The notes beneath the pieces are model-generated. The model was given only the letters and a program-made list of their open reading frames with translations, did no database searches and had not been told where the DNA came from. A DNA stretch of 63,636 nt, the filler included, from Rhabdomonas costata (lineage: Eukaryota): NCBI GenBank assembly GCA_019059605.1. It is 28 parts of 28 records of this genome, joined end to end, with 100 filler letters (N's around TTAATTAATTAA, not from the genome) between each part and the next. Parts side by side here need not be neighbours in the genome. Positions count along the whole stretch, not along the records: positions 9,103 to 11,275 come from JAHMHO010005066.1; positions 11,376 to 13,550 come from JAHMHO010005067.1; positions 13,651 to 15,843 come from JAHMHO010005068.1; positions 15,944 to 18,118 come from JAHMHO010005069.1; positions 18,219 to 20,393 come from JAHMHO010005070.1; positions 20,494 to 22,667 come from JAHMHO010005071.1; positions 22,768 to 24,952 come from JAHMHO010005072.1; 21 more parts are not named here. The stretch is one strand, 5' to 3'. The translations under genes were made by a program, and so were the position numbers. Shown here in pieces: positions 10,926 to 22,781 of this stretch. Every line of letters begins with the position of its first letter. The stretch's first letter is position 1.

Positions 10926-12589
10926 CGAAAAGCGGAAAAAAAACATGGTGGGTGTGCACGAGGCAGGTCCAAGAGGCAGGTCGTCCGGCCAGCAAGCGAC
11001 CTCACACAAATATTGCCACCGATCTTCCCCACCTTTGGGTGGCGTTCAGTGCCACCTTGAGCTAAAATAACATCCATCACAAATCAAATTACAAAAGACA
11101 ACCAAGAACCAAGAAATACCAACATGCACAACAAAAACGTGCGAGAACTAAAAGTGTTTCCCATCACGATTTCGGTGGCCTTCGATTTTCAGTGTTCCCA
11201 CACGCTCAATGATGCCAGCCACCTTCACATCCGACAATCACACTCCCTGCACACTGCGCAATGCGTGAACAAGGANNNNNNNNNNNNNNNNNNNNNNNNN
11301 NNNNNNNNNNNNNNNNNNNTTAATTAATTAANNNNNNNNNNNNNNNNNNNNNNNNNNNNNNNNNNNNNNNNNNNNGTTTTGGTGATTCTAGTGCTTTGTA
11401 AGTGCGTGAGTAACTGGAGTAATGTGAGACGTTCACAAGCTCCGGTGCACTTGTCAACGTCTCACATTACTCCAGTTACTCACGCACTTACAAAGCACTA
11501 GAATCACCAAATTTCCACTAAAAATACGCATAAAAATGAGAGATACGGTCACATGAAGACATGTCAAAAAAATAAAACGATGCTAGTAAAACGCGAAAAA
11601 AAAAACTTTTTTTTGAAAATATTTTGATTTTAAAGGGCCTTCAAGTGCGTAACTGCTGAGATGATATGGCTACGCACTTGTAAAATGCATTGAGAGAAAA
11701 AATAAAAAATATGAAATTTTAAGAAATTCTAAAATCCAAAAAAGATGGAAAAATGATGAAGAGATGCAGGTAGATGGTCATAAATGCATCATACATGCAC
11801 CTATGATGAAAGATGCTGAGAGGGATGCCAAGGTGCGTGAAAGAGAGATGCAGATGACCGCGTCTTAAATGCACCCTACATGCACTGATGTAAGGGTGAT
11901 GGCCTCGCAGGGGTGTGTGTGTTTGCTGGTCGCATGCTCCACTACGTTCCGCATGCTCCCTAAAAGTAGAACCCCAGAAGAGATAGAACCCCGAATACCG
12001 AATACAGAAGATAGAACTCAACCCCGAATACAGAACCCCAACTCAGAAACCCAAACCCAAGATGCAGGAAGATACGACATGATTACCGAATACCAGCACC
12101 TACAGATAGAACCCCGAATACCGAATACAATCCGAATCCTGTTCTTGGGGGGTTCAAGTCAACGTTGATGAACGTGTAGCCCCATGAGGTTCGAAGCAAA
12201 AGCAGACTGCGATAACAGGCTGGGGGAATTCATCCCGCTGTCGCTGGGCCATGAGTTGGCCTCAGTCCCCTAACCGAACTCTGACCCACTCATCAGTTTC
12301 AATTACGGAAATCGCAGGCAAGCCCCTCAGCAAAGGCCCGAAAGGCACGGCGAGGTCAACGTCGCATTTTCGTTGCTCCCGATCCAATTTAACCACGCTC
12401 AATCGCTCTCCCCTCCCCCCCTCCCCCCACAGCGCAGAGGAGAGGACAGGAAGTGACAGGAATCGGCAGCATCAGGCCAGAGCCGGTTCAGATTATGATC
12501 GTGACAGAACCAGAGAGTAGGTGACGCATTGAGATGACTAGTGATGACCATGGACCTGCTTAAAGCCAGAACGCCCCGCCCGGCCCAAT

Positions 12590-12750
12590 GTCGACTGGAG
12601 GCAACGTGTTTGAAAATGATGAGATTTACAGTGAAGTCCCGCAGGGTGGAATGTGTTCCGGGATTCATGGTGAGGGCAGATCACAATAACCTGGCGTACC
12701 GCCTTTACCAGCGATGGGACCTCAATGATCAAGCGGTGCTTCGAACATCC
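12590..12750 (+). mobile_element. Possible decayed Ty3/gypsy RNase H fragment
   Basis: FMVRADHNNLAYRLYQRWDLNDQAVLR resembles the gypsy RNase H motif F.V.TDH..L.YL..Q.DLN.RQ.RW. Flanks are degenerate. Confidence 0.35.
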
Positions 12751-13664
12751 CTACCCCCTATAGCATGAAGGCATGAGTCACGCAGGGGATCATGCCGTAA
12801 TAGAGAGTAGAAGGCATCGAGGTCTCGGAGGCACCTTAGGGTGGTGGAGAGACCGAGGCATCATTCATAGGGAGGGAGGGACGCAAGGACCGACCGACCA
12901 GCAAAGAACACAAAATGCCCCCAGGAACCCCCTAGGCATCAGCATTGAAGGCATCACCCTTTCAGGCTTTCACTCTCAGAAGGTGGAAGGCACGAAGGCA
13001 TGGTGCTTGTCGACATGCCGTAGTAGAGTGTGTCTGCGAGTCGAGGAAGGGAATGCATCGGTGGGTTCAGGCATTGAGGGTTACGCTCTCACTCTCAAAG
13101 CTGGTAGTAGTGGTTACCTTACGCACTAACTCACCCTTAGCCTCACAGAACCCCTCCAACTCCAAAACATGAACCCTCCAAAACATGAACCCATGAACCC
13201 AAGGCACCAACATCCAACACACAACACCAGGATACAGCCATTGACACCAAGACACACCCTACGCAAAGAAACAGACCCTCAGACACGACACCCCGACACA
13301 CCCTCCGACCCTGACACGTAGCTCCAACATCACACATCACTACAAGGTACTCAGCTTGACATTGACACCCTAACCCACAGACTCCGACACACAGACCCTC
13401 CAACCCACAGACCTTCCACACACACACCCTCAGCCTCAACCTCACAATCCTACGCATAACACACCATAAGCCAACGTCCTACGCATAAACACACCCTTAG
13501 CATGAACCCAACATCGTGACACCCTGAAACCCCAACACGTGAAACCACACNNNNNNNNNNNNNNNNNNNNNNNNNNNNNNNNNNNNNNNNNNNNTTAATT
13601 AATTAANNNNNNNNNNNNNNNNNNNNNNNNNNNNNNNNNNNNNNNNNNNNCTGCACCCCCGGGC

Positions 13665-13875
13665 GGTTTTTGGTTTCGTGGTTTCTGGCATCCGGTTTTT
13701 GTCTTCTGGGTTTGGGTTCTGGGGTTAGGTTTTCGGGTTCTGGGTTAGGGGTTAGGTATTGGGGTTAGTGTTAGTGTTCCCGAGTCGAGGATTTCAGGGG
13801 TTCGGAGTTTGGGGTTGGGGTTTGGGTTTGGGTTTCGGTCTTCACTCTTCGGAGTTGGTATTCGGTTTCGGTTTC
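13665..13875 (+). repeat. Degenerate G/T-rich telomere-like repeats
   Basis: GGGTTAGGGGTTAGG, GGGGTTAGTGTTAGTG and GGGTTTGGGTTTGGGTTT runs near the contig start. Complementary-type units (ccgaataccgaatac, aaacccaaaccc) occur at ~11965-12135. Confidence 0.5.
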
Positions 13876-13987
13876 CAGGAAGTCCCTCGGGATCTCCAGC
13901 GTTGGAAGGCCAACTTCGCCCACCGTACCAAGGGCAACAGCAGATACAATTAAGGACGCACCGAAGCAGGACCTCGATGTCGACTTG

Positions 13988-14535
13988 CCATTTCCCAATC
14001 ATACCGTAAGATACTCGTTTCATCCGTTGATCCGCAAGAGGGTGTGGTTATATTCCCAAAGCCGCGACGCATAGCACGTCAATGCCGGTGAGTAGGTGAC
14101 CGCGGGTGGGGTTAACCAGTGGGTTAGCTAGGGATCACAACACCTCCTGACGATACAGGACACACGTAGCTCATGTGGTAGTACTCGATGATCCAGTGGC
14201 CGAGGAAGGATACCACAGCGCACGTAGTCGTACCTCACACTCAGCCTATGCTGGTAACACCATTTCCCAATCATACCGTAAGATACTCGTTTCATCCGTT
14301 GATCCGCAAGAGGGTGTGGTTATATTCCCAAAGCCGCGACGCATAGCACGTCAATGCCGGTGAGTAGGTGACCGCGGGTGGGGTTAACCAGTGGGTTAGC
14401 TAGGGATCACAACACCTCCTGACGATACAGGACACACGTAGCTCATGTGGTAGTACTCGATGATCCAGTGGCCGAGGAAGGATACCACAGCGCACGTAGT
14501 CGTACCTCACACTCAGCCTATGCTGGTAACACCAT
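13988..14535. repeat. Tandem duplication, 2 x 272 bp
   Basis: 13988-14259 and 14260-14531 read identically by eye, with the 4-mer ccat at each junction. Confidence 0.9.
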
Positions 14536-15504
14536 CGTCCAAGCGCACTGGATGCAGTGACAGGAGAGGCCACACCCCACAGTAGGGTTAGGCGTAGGAT
14601 ATACGGTGAACACACACACGTATATGCCGTAGTGGTAGTGCTGGATGTATACGCCATGCACGCAGCTATGGGTCAACATATACAGTGGGTGTCAGTAACT
14701 CAGCTCCTAACGCTAAGCCTGAGTGTGTGATGGAGGTGAGCTTGGTAGATGCCCTGACTCACGTTGGGTATATCTGCTAAGCCTCCAGTGGTGATGCTGC
14801 TACCTCTACGGGGAGTCACATCCTTGCGTAGAGTAACCAAGCAGTGGCAGTGCCAACATACCCGTAGTGGGGATCGGCATAGTTGTAGTGAGTGTAACCC
14901 TACGCATCAAGTGTAAGGTGAGAGGCGCTACTTCTACGCTCAACCCACCACAGTGGTTATGTCAGCCTGTCCTTCTTGGGTTGTAGCATGCAGGCTGGGC
15001 ACTACACCTAACCACCACCATGTCAAGGGTAACGCTAAGGCATCGGCTGTGTGGAAGGGGTAGGGTAACCCAGTACTGTATGTCTACGCGTAGCAGTGGC
15101 TGAGTTGGCATAGGCTAACCAACCCACAGTGGGTAAAGTTGCGAAGTGGAGGGCGCCGAGCCCGACATGCCACATCAACGCTTTACACATCCTGAGTTGG
15201 TGATGCCTTGTCAGTCCAACTCCTCATCCCTCACTCCAACCCGAGGCAGAACCCAGCCCTGAGAATGCCACCAGGATGCATGGCTGTAGTACGGTTGACA
15301 GAGAGACAAGATGCTGATGCTGCCTCCGGCGGTAGAAGTGAGAGGATGAAGCCTTCAACCACCCCAGCAAAGCCGAAGGGATGAGTTCCTGCATGGCTAC
15401 GCCCGGTCGGATCTCCACGTACGCACCTTATGGTGGGGGAGTGGAGAGGAGAGACACGTATAGAAGATGTAAGAGTGGGAGGGGCTCGAAGGACTGAGAG
15501 ACCC

Positions 15505-15808
15505 GACAGTGGAGTAGATAGCTGGTCGTCAGGATGCTCACTGCGTTCGTATCCTTCCTCCAGAAGTGATGGTTCATGCATTCCACCGGCATAAGCCGCT
15601 TACATGCATTCACCTTCTACAGATACCCCACTCACTGCGTTCGTGGGGGCCCTAAGGAGTGAAGAAAGAAGAAGAGGAGAGGCTGACCCGAGGGACCGAG
15701 GGGCATGCCGACAGAGCGGAGTAGATAGCTGGTCGTCAGGATGCTCGCTACCTCGCATCCTTCCTCCCGAAGTGCAGTGGTTCACTCGTTCCCCCAGCAT
15801 AAGCTGCC
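15505..15808. repeat. Diverged direct repeat, two ~95-bp copies
   Basis: ggagtagatagctggtcgtcaggatgctc...atccttcctcc.gaagtg..ggttca...gcataagc occurs at ~15511 and ~15718. Confidence 0.8.
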
Positions 15809-16130
15809 TCCACTCGCCCACCAACCCCAGGGTATTCCTGCATNNNNNNNNNNNNNNNNNNNNNNNNNNNNNNNNNNNNNNNNNNNNTTAATTAATTAAN
15901 NNNNNNNNNNNNNNNNNNNNNNNNNNNNNNNNNNNNNNNNNNNTGTGTGGGTGTGATTGGGAATAGCGGTGGGTTTTCGAGCACGGGGTTCAACACACGT
16001 CCAATTACCTGACATCCAGGTTGAGCTGGCACGGAGCATGGGGGTACCAGAAAGGTAATGGAAACGGTTTAATAATCGGGTATTTTTCGTGAAGAAAAAT
16101 TAAAGGACCAAGGAGGGCAAACTCCAGCAC

Positions 16131-17229
16131 CTCATCTCCACTCTCCAGGGCGCTCTGGAGCTTGTCCCGGATGGCCTGGCGGTCGGACTGGCGCTTCTCC
16201 AGGACGTCCTTCTTCTGCGGCGGCGGAGCGCCGTCGAAAACGTAGACAGGGGTGATGCCCACCTGGCGTAGCCTCCGAATCTTCATGGACATCCCCAAAA
16301 GATGCCCAGTGAGCTGTGGGCAAACACACAAAAATGTGAAGGATTTGAAGCGTTCTCATCGAACTCGCCACAGGAAAAGCAAATGGGGCAGTTTCCCCTG
16401 AGGCGCAGCGAGAGTCACAAAAACTGAAGGTTCTTTCCTCAACTCAGCGCCCCCCTCCCTCCAAGTTACTAGTATTGTATCAGCACATTGCAGACCACCA
16501 TTTTTATCCTTCTTGCTTCCAGTCTTTCTTACAGCTTGTGCGGCTGTGAATTACATATGAGTTAAAATCCTTTGTGTGGTCTGAAACAAAAGTGAAGCTT
16601 TTGGCATCAATTACTCGCGTCACGGGTCGGCAGCTTCTGAGCTTCCCATTCTTGTTCTGCACAATGACGTGTCAGGTCCTGCGGGGCACAGTGAACCAAG
16701 CCCCCGCCGCGCGCGTTGTGGGTGGGGTGCAGGGACGGATAATCGTGCACTCAAAAGAAGCGATGGTGAGTTACGTGATGGTGCTCCTGCATCTCCAGGA
16801 TTTGGCGTAAATTACTAAAATTTTACTGAGCCCTTCTGCCTTGTGTGCAGTCTCCGCCCTTCCAGAGTTTAATATGAGTCATTTTTTGTTTGGATGATAA
16901 TTTACCGATAAAATCCAAAAACTTCCAAAAACAAGGCCGCCAAACCTCACCCTTGCTGTTAGATAAGCTCTGCTGGCCTTGGGTCTTCAGCACGTACAGA
17001 AACTTGTACATGTCCACCCTAGCGTCGATCGCCATGATCTTCCCCGCAAACATCGTCAGCGGAACCGTCTTGAAAGCATCGGGAATCTAAATGTACCAAA
17101 ACAAAAGGAACAGAGGCAACAACAAATTTGCACAACTCCTCTCAAAAACAAAACGAAAACAAGGTAATTGTGACGCGCGAACATGGAGACCTTCTTTCTA
17201 AGCAGTTGTGACAGGCTCTGAATCCCCAT
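16131..17229 (-). CDS. FEN1/XPG-family flap endonuclease, N-terminal part (exons 17229-17191, 17086-16946, 16313-16131)
   Basis: MGIQSLSQLLRKK|IPDAFKTVPLTMFAGKIMAIDARVDMYKFLYVLK...SNSKGE|LTGHLLGMSMKIRRLRQVGITPVYVFDGAPPPQKKDVLEKRQ. Contains the MGI, AIDA and PVYVFDG motifs; phase-0 GT-AG introns. Confidence 0.9.
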
Positions 17230-19267
17230 TGTCGGGAAGACAAGAAGAAGATGCAGCTTTATGAGCAGAAGGCGACAAACAAGAACAGGCCCTGCAAAGT
17301 AACTTCGTGAGACACGTAGCGCGTCGCAACCAAAACAAAAAGTAGTCAAAGACCTTTCTATTCACCATATCTGTTCACTACCTGTTGGAGAACGCAACAA
17401 GCATGGTCAAAATCCTGAAAACTCCATGACCTTTCATGCACGTTTCACACTCGGGTTGGTTGCGGTCACCGTGTATAGTATTAAAAGGCTAATGAAGCTA
17501 AAGCTGAAGCTGTCTTCTTTTTTTGTGCAGTTCCGAGGGGATCAAGGAGCATGAGGAGGAGGAGGAAGTATGAGGAAGATGAAACAAAACTGCTTTGGGT
17601 CTTTTTTTCTGGAGTATGGTCGTGATCACCAATCAAATCTCTTTCATTGTGGTGCCAATGACACCAGTTTTATGGAGTGAGCAACAAACAAAACCTCGTC
17701 AGCCTGCTTTATTTTGAGGTTTATTTACGACTCATTGTTTCTGCTGAGGTACAAGTGCCTACGACGCTAAAACGCAGGAATTCTTCAAACAAGATACTAA
17801 TAGCCAGAGAAAAAGTACTGCCTTGTTTGCTGTATACGAAGAAGCAGATGTCCCTTGTTGCAAAACCAGCAACATGAAGTTAGTCTCTCTCACATACTGC
17901 CCCGTGCCTTGCTTGCCTTCCTCAAAAACGCGGGGGTTCCGAAAGACGCCAAAGACCGCGGCAAGCGTCAGCATTTATGAATACCGGGAGGAAAAGAACG
18001 AAACACCCGCTTACTGTGGCAAGTCCAGCCCACATCGTGCGCTCGGCAGCTTCTGCGGAGAGCCTTCGTCACGGAAGAAAGGAAGATGACCCCGAAGATG
18101 ACCAATCACACAACAACANNNNNNNNNNNNNNNNNNNNNNNNNNNNNNNNNNNNNNNNNNNNTTAATTAATTAANNNNNNNNNNNNNNNNNNNNNNNNNN
18201 NNNNNNNNNNNNNNNNNNGAAGGGCTACACAGGGTTTTGGGAGAAAAAGTACTCCTCCCGGATGTAATCACCCATCTGTTTGAACGCTTCCGATCATTCG
18301 TGTACTGTCCATCCTTCTCCCGTGTGAATAAACTGAATGCTTGTTACGCCGCCAAGGTTGCAACCCCTCTCAGACACAGACAAGTGCTTTTTTTCTTGCT
18401 CCGGGAAGAAACAGTGCGCGTTTCCCAACTGGGGGGTTGAATTTCCGTTTAGAAAGCTCTCTCTGGACTTTTCTCCCAAAACTGGGCAGCAGGACACCTT
18501 TGGGCACTCTGGGTCCGATGCGTTTTTTTTAGTGTGGGTGTAAAACGGTTTAAACAATAGGGCAAAAAGAATGCTGCAAAGCTCTCCGCCAGAAAACCCC
18601 ACACTCGCTTTTGGGGCGGATAACTATGAAAACTCCCCCAGTCCCCCTGACAATGTACCCGCCTCGTCCGCCCGTTCCGGCCGCTGCGACCGTTTTACCC
18701 AGCTAAACCTTTTATCACCCCTTCCTCCCCAAACAATGCATCCCTTAACAAAATGCCACATGCAGGCAACACACATCAACAATGCGGATGTGCTAATCAC
18801 ATGCATATGGTATTTTGTCAACGGGCGCGGTTTCGGTGAGGAGTTGCACGTTATTCTCGCAACTGCTGTCCGAAGTAATATCAGAATTAGTGCGCATAGG
18901 CATGTGAGCAGAAGATTCACACACGCTGCATGCATTCACAACAGCGTATTTGCAGAAATTCCTCAAGTTCAGCAGTATGCTCCAAGGTGTGGAAACACAA
19001 AGAAGGAAAGTAGCTCGCCGTGAAGGTGGAGAAGCGCAAAGAACAAAGGAGAATCATAGAGTCATAACAGCAGGGGGGTGGCAGAGGGCAGGTACAGTGT
19101 GGATCAAGTTTTGGTTCGAGTTCTCCAAATAAAAGTGTCCGCTGCTGCTGTTGTTGCTCAGTATTTTTCCGTTGTTTTGTTTTGCTGCGGAGGGCTCGTG
19201 TGGCAGCAGCTCTTCCAAGAAGAGCTGGGTTGCGTATTTTCGGGTCGCGTTGGGTGGTCCTGTGCAG

Positions 19268-20027
19268 CCGAAGACCAAGAAGAAGCTCCAGTCCTTGAGG
19301 AAGACCCTGGCTAAGACGGTCTCTTCAAAAGCTGATGAGGAGTACGACAAGGTGCCATATTGCAACATAGAAGGGAAAAGAATCAGTGGGGACATTTTCA
19401 TTTGGCACAGCTGAGCTGGAAGACAATGAATAGATAGCAGCGCTTGGGAGCAGAGGATCACTCTCCGATCCCAGAGTTGTTGTCGGGTCACCTCATATGT
19501 GCATCGCTCCCTCGCGAAAACCATTCTTGTCCCAGACGGATCATTTCTAGTTGTGCGCTTTCGTTTTCCCTTATTTGGGCTGTGCCTGAGCATTACTGTC
19601 TTGCGGCAGCCACGATGAGGCGGGCTTCAGGGCAATACCCCATGGGAGCACCAAAAGGACAAAAATAGAGAGGGAGAGAACCGGGCTGTGACTGCGGAGA
19701 ATGTTTGCAAAATGTTTTGAAGCGTTTCTAAAATATTTACCTGTATTAGAGGTGATCCGCTTTTGCGGTTTTCGTCAAATCCTTTCCACCAAAACAGTAG
19801 CATACGCATGGTTTTGAATTCAGCACCATTCAACTATCTCGGGTTTGTGGAGACTTATGGAGCAAAATGCAACAAATGCCGCCCTCGAAAACTTTTCCGA
19901 CTCCCACTGCCATGGTCTCACCAGAGCGACTTCTCCAGAAAGGTGCTGCACCTGGCGGTGCACCCCACGGAGCCGGAGATTGCGGTGGCGTGCACGAACC
20001 AGCTCTTCGTCTTCCGCTGCGCGCCAG
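19268..20027 (+). CDS. PP2A regulatory subunit B/B55 (WD40), C-terminal exons 19268-19351 and 19925-20027
   Basis: SDFSRKVLHLAVHPTEPEIAVACTNQLFVF matches the B55 C-terminal signature DF.KKILH.AWHP.E..IAVAA.NNL.IF. The upstream exon PKTKKK...EEYDK splices in phase 0. Confidence 0.8.
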
Positions 20028-22224
20028 GTACCCCCCCTTCCTCTTCCACCGAGCCAAACGCTTGAGCGCTGTGCTTCCGTGAAACCAATATCATGGGTTT
20101 GAGATGCATGCTTCTAAAGCAGGTTACATTGCAAAGTAAGAACTCATGGTTTGGCGGTGAAAGGACAGCGCTTGAAGCTCCATCCTATGCGCACTATTCA
20201 CTTTTGGGGTTTTCCTTGAATAAGCTTTGACACTGGTTCGTGATTTCGACTTCAAAAGTCTCACAAGCCTTCAAGAAACACTGATTGCGTTTTTTCCTTC
20301 AGGATGATGCAGACGTCCTGAGCTTGCAGAGAGGTGAGGAGGGTTTCCAGGGAGGCCGAAGGGTGTGAGTTTCTATCGCTCCCCACCCACACCNNNNNNN
20401 NNNNNNNNNNNNNNNNNNNNNNNNNNNNNNNNNNNNNTTAATTAATTAANNNNNNNNNNNNNNNNNNNNNNNNNNNNNNNNNNNNNNNNNNNNATCTGTT
20501 CGTTTTGGGTCCTGTTTCAGTCAATCATGCCTTAATACCCATTGTAGCCTTGGTCGTAGGAGTGCATTCTGTGTCCATGGCTTCCATTCTGCTCTGGGTT
20601 CCACGTCTCACATACATCCACAAAATGACAGAAACCGATAGACGCCGCCATCCAAGTGCAGAAATCACAGACAGCAGCTCAGGCCACAGTAACAAGCGTA
20701 GAACTTTCCTCATGCAAAGTTGATGTGACCGCGCTGGAATGAACTGGTCGATCAGGTACGCCTGGAAAATCGCGCTTGTAAACCACTGATGAGTCCACCA
20801 CTCACTACCGTGTGGTGCGCTAAATTCATACAGTGAACCACATGTGTATATATCATAGTACTAGATGTGGAAACACACGTTGAAGTGTATGTTGTGTGTA
20901 GTAGCCAAAGGTCCAAATTACCACCTGATGTAGTGTTGGGATGATGTGATTCATGATGTTACCCTTGATGGGCGCTGCGCTATGGCATCAGTTGGTTGCA
21001 TAGCACATCACCATAGCAACATAATGGCAATGTACACCAACCATTTGGCATGTTTACCATGGCAGTAGTGGCATACATCACATTGTGGGTTATGGACGCT
21101 AACCCCACGTCGTGGTGTGACCGATTGTAGTAGTTCATTGGCTGCCTGCTGCTATGGTATCATGCCACACGTAATGTTAGCTCCTCCACCAACTCCACCA
21201 ACTTTGGTGATGTCATGGGGAGTGGTGTTGGTGGTCCTTGCCACTCAAACCCACCACCATCATCAGTACAGTAGGCATAATGTATGCATATGGGTGTGTA
21301 TTCCATCTATGAGTATCTTGTGTTTCTGTGGTTTTGGTGTTGTTGGCGTAGGACGTGCTGATCATGGCTTTGCATCCACATAATCATGTCATCACAAGGT
21401 GTGTCATTGGGTCCTCGTTAACCATCGATGTACTGCCAAGGTGGATGTCACACGTTTGCTTTTGATGGAGTTGATTTATAGATATAGTCCCAGGAGCAAC
21501 TACCGACCCAACAATGGAAGCAAGTGATATGCATCACCACTGTACACGGTATGTACCCGGTGTGTTTAAAGGCCACCGTTGTTTTTGGGAGTTTAGGCTG
21601 CCTCCAGAATCTGCGAACACACCATCACAATCACCACTCATTATAAAGTTGAAGAGGTAAAGCCTAAACTCACCAAAGAGTTTAACCCAAACTGAGGTAG
21701 TTACGCATGGCTACTCTATGGTGGAGCATGCAAGGTACAGAGCATTCGAAGAGGCACGTAATTCTGAGTGGTGACTCAGCATGTAGCGAATGGCAAACAC
21801 GAATGGATACAAGCTAATACCCCACTCACACTAGCTACGCTGGTGTTCGTTGTTCAACTACTCCATCCTGTTGGATGCTGCTCGCTACAGTTCTGTCGCT
21901 TATGCTCCATCTATACGCTCGAAAGGTGTTGGTTCCACCGTAATGCGGTTACACTACTCACACTAGTGAATAAAAATCAGAAGATGGGTCGGCCAGTAGC
22001 TGAGATCATTCCATTATTCTTTGATGTTACTTGGTCGTTTCTACGCTCCTCATTCTTTCTTCACAATTTTCTGCCGTCACATTAAATTTGCTCATGTTAC
22101 TCCTCACTAGGTCTTCACAATCATCCTTGCTACGCAATGTCATCATGTTTATAGATAGATGGGATAGGGACCCTCATGGTCCCGACAGGTGTCTTTGATG
22201 GTCGTTGTACCTGATGTTGTACCT

Positions 22225-22342
22225 GAAACATCAACTCTCCAACGACGTTTTGGAAAATGAAAGAGTTGCAAGCACCTGTGTCGAGAAATGCTCGTACTTT
22301 TTTTAGTACCAATCACCCAAGGAAGGAATAACAACTTCTGAC
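22225..22342 (-). mobile_element. Decayed LTR-retrotransposon aspartic protease
   Basis: QKLLFLPWVIGTKK/VRAFLDTGACNSFIF, with a frameshift in an A run. Contains the LDTGA retropepsin motif; the rest of the contig has no long ORF. Confidence 0.6.
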
Positions 22343-22781
22343 TGAAAATATCTCTGCTACTTTCTCCCAACGCCCACTAAACCATGTGAAATACTCTTCA
22401 CCACTCCAATTACCAACAAACCACATCTCTTCTGATAGAAATACTCATACAGTGTTCTGAGCTAAAAACACCTCCTGCTGTGAACTGAATTACATCTGCG
22501 GGAGACTTCCCAATATGTACAAAGTGCTCACGGATCCACCGCAAAGCTGGTCAACTCTCTCCCGCATTCCAATACTAATGGACGTTCTACCAAGCGCACT
22601 GCTTTCCTGTTCAACATTTTTCTTCCCATTTACATCTTTGCTTTCCACTTAAGACCTACAAACCCCCNNNNNNNNNNNNNNNNNNNNNNNNNNNNNNNNN
22701 NNNNNNNNNNNTTAATTAATTAANNNNNNNNNNNNNNNNNNNNNNNNNNNNNNNNNNNNNNNNNNNNTTTTGTTATCGTAG

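Noticed and set aside
11376..11511. Long near-perfect hairpins at contig ends (also 31873-32144, 59200-59298, 61273-61364), suggesting hairpin telomeres or TIR elements
   Set aside because: Each abuts a contig end. In the first three the outer arm is near-perfect around an imperfect or unrelated core, as expected from fold-back self-priming during amplification; the last is a shorter imperfect case. The four sequences are unrelated to each other.
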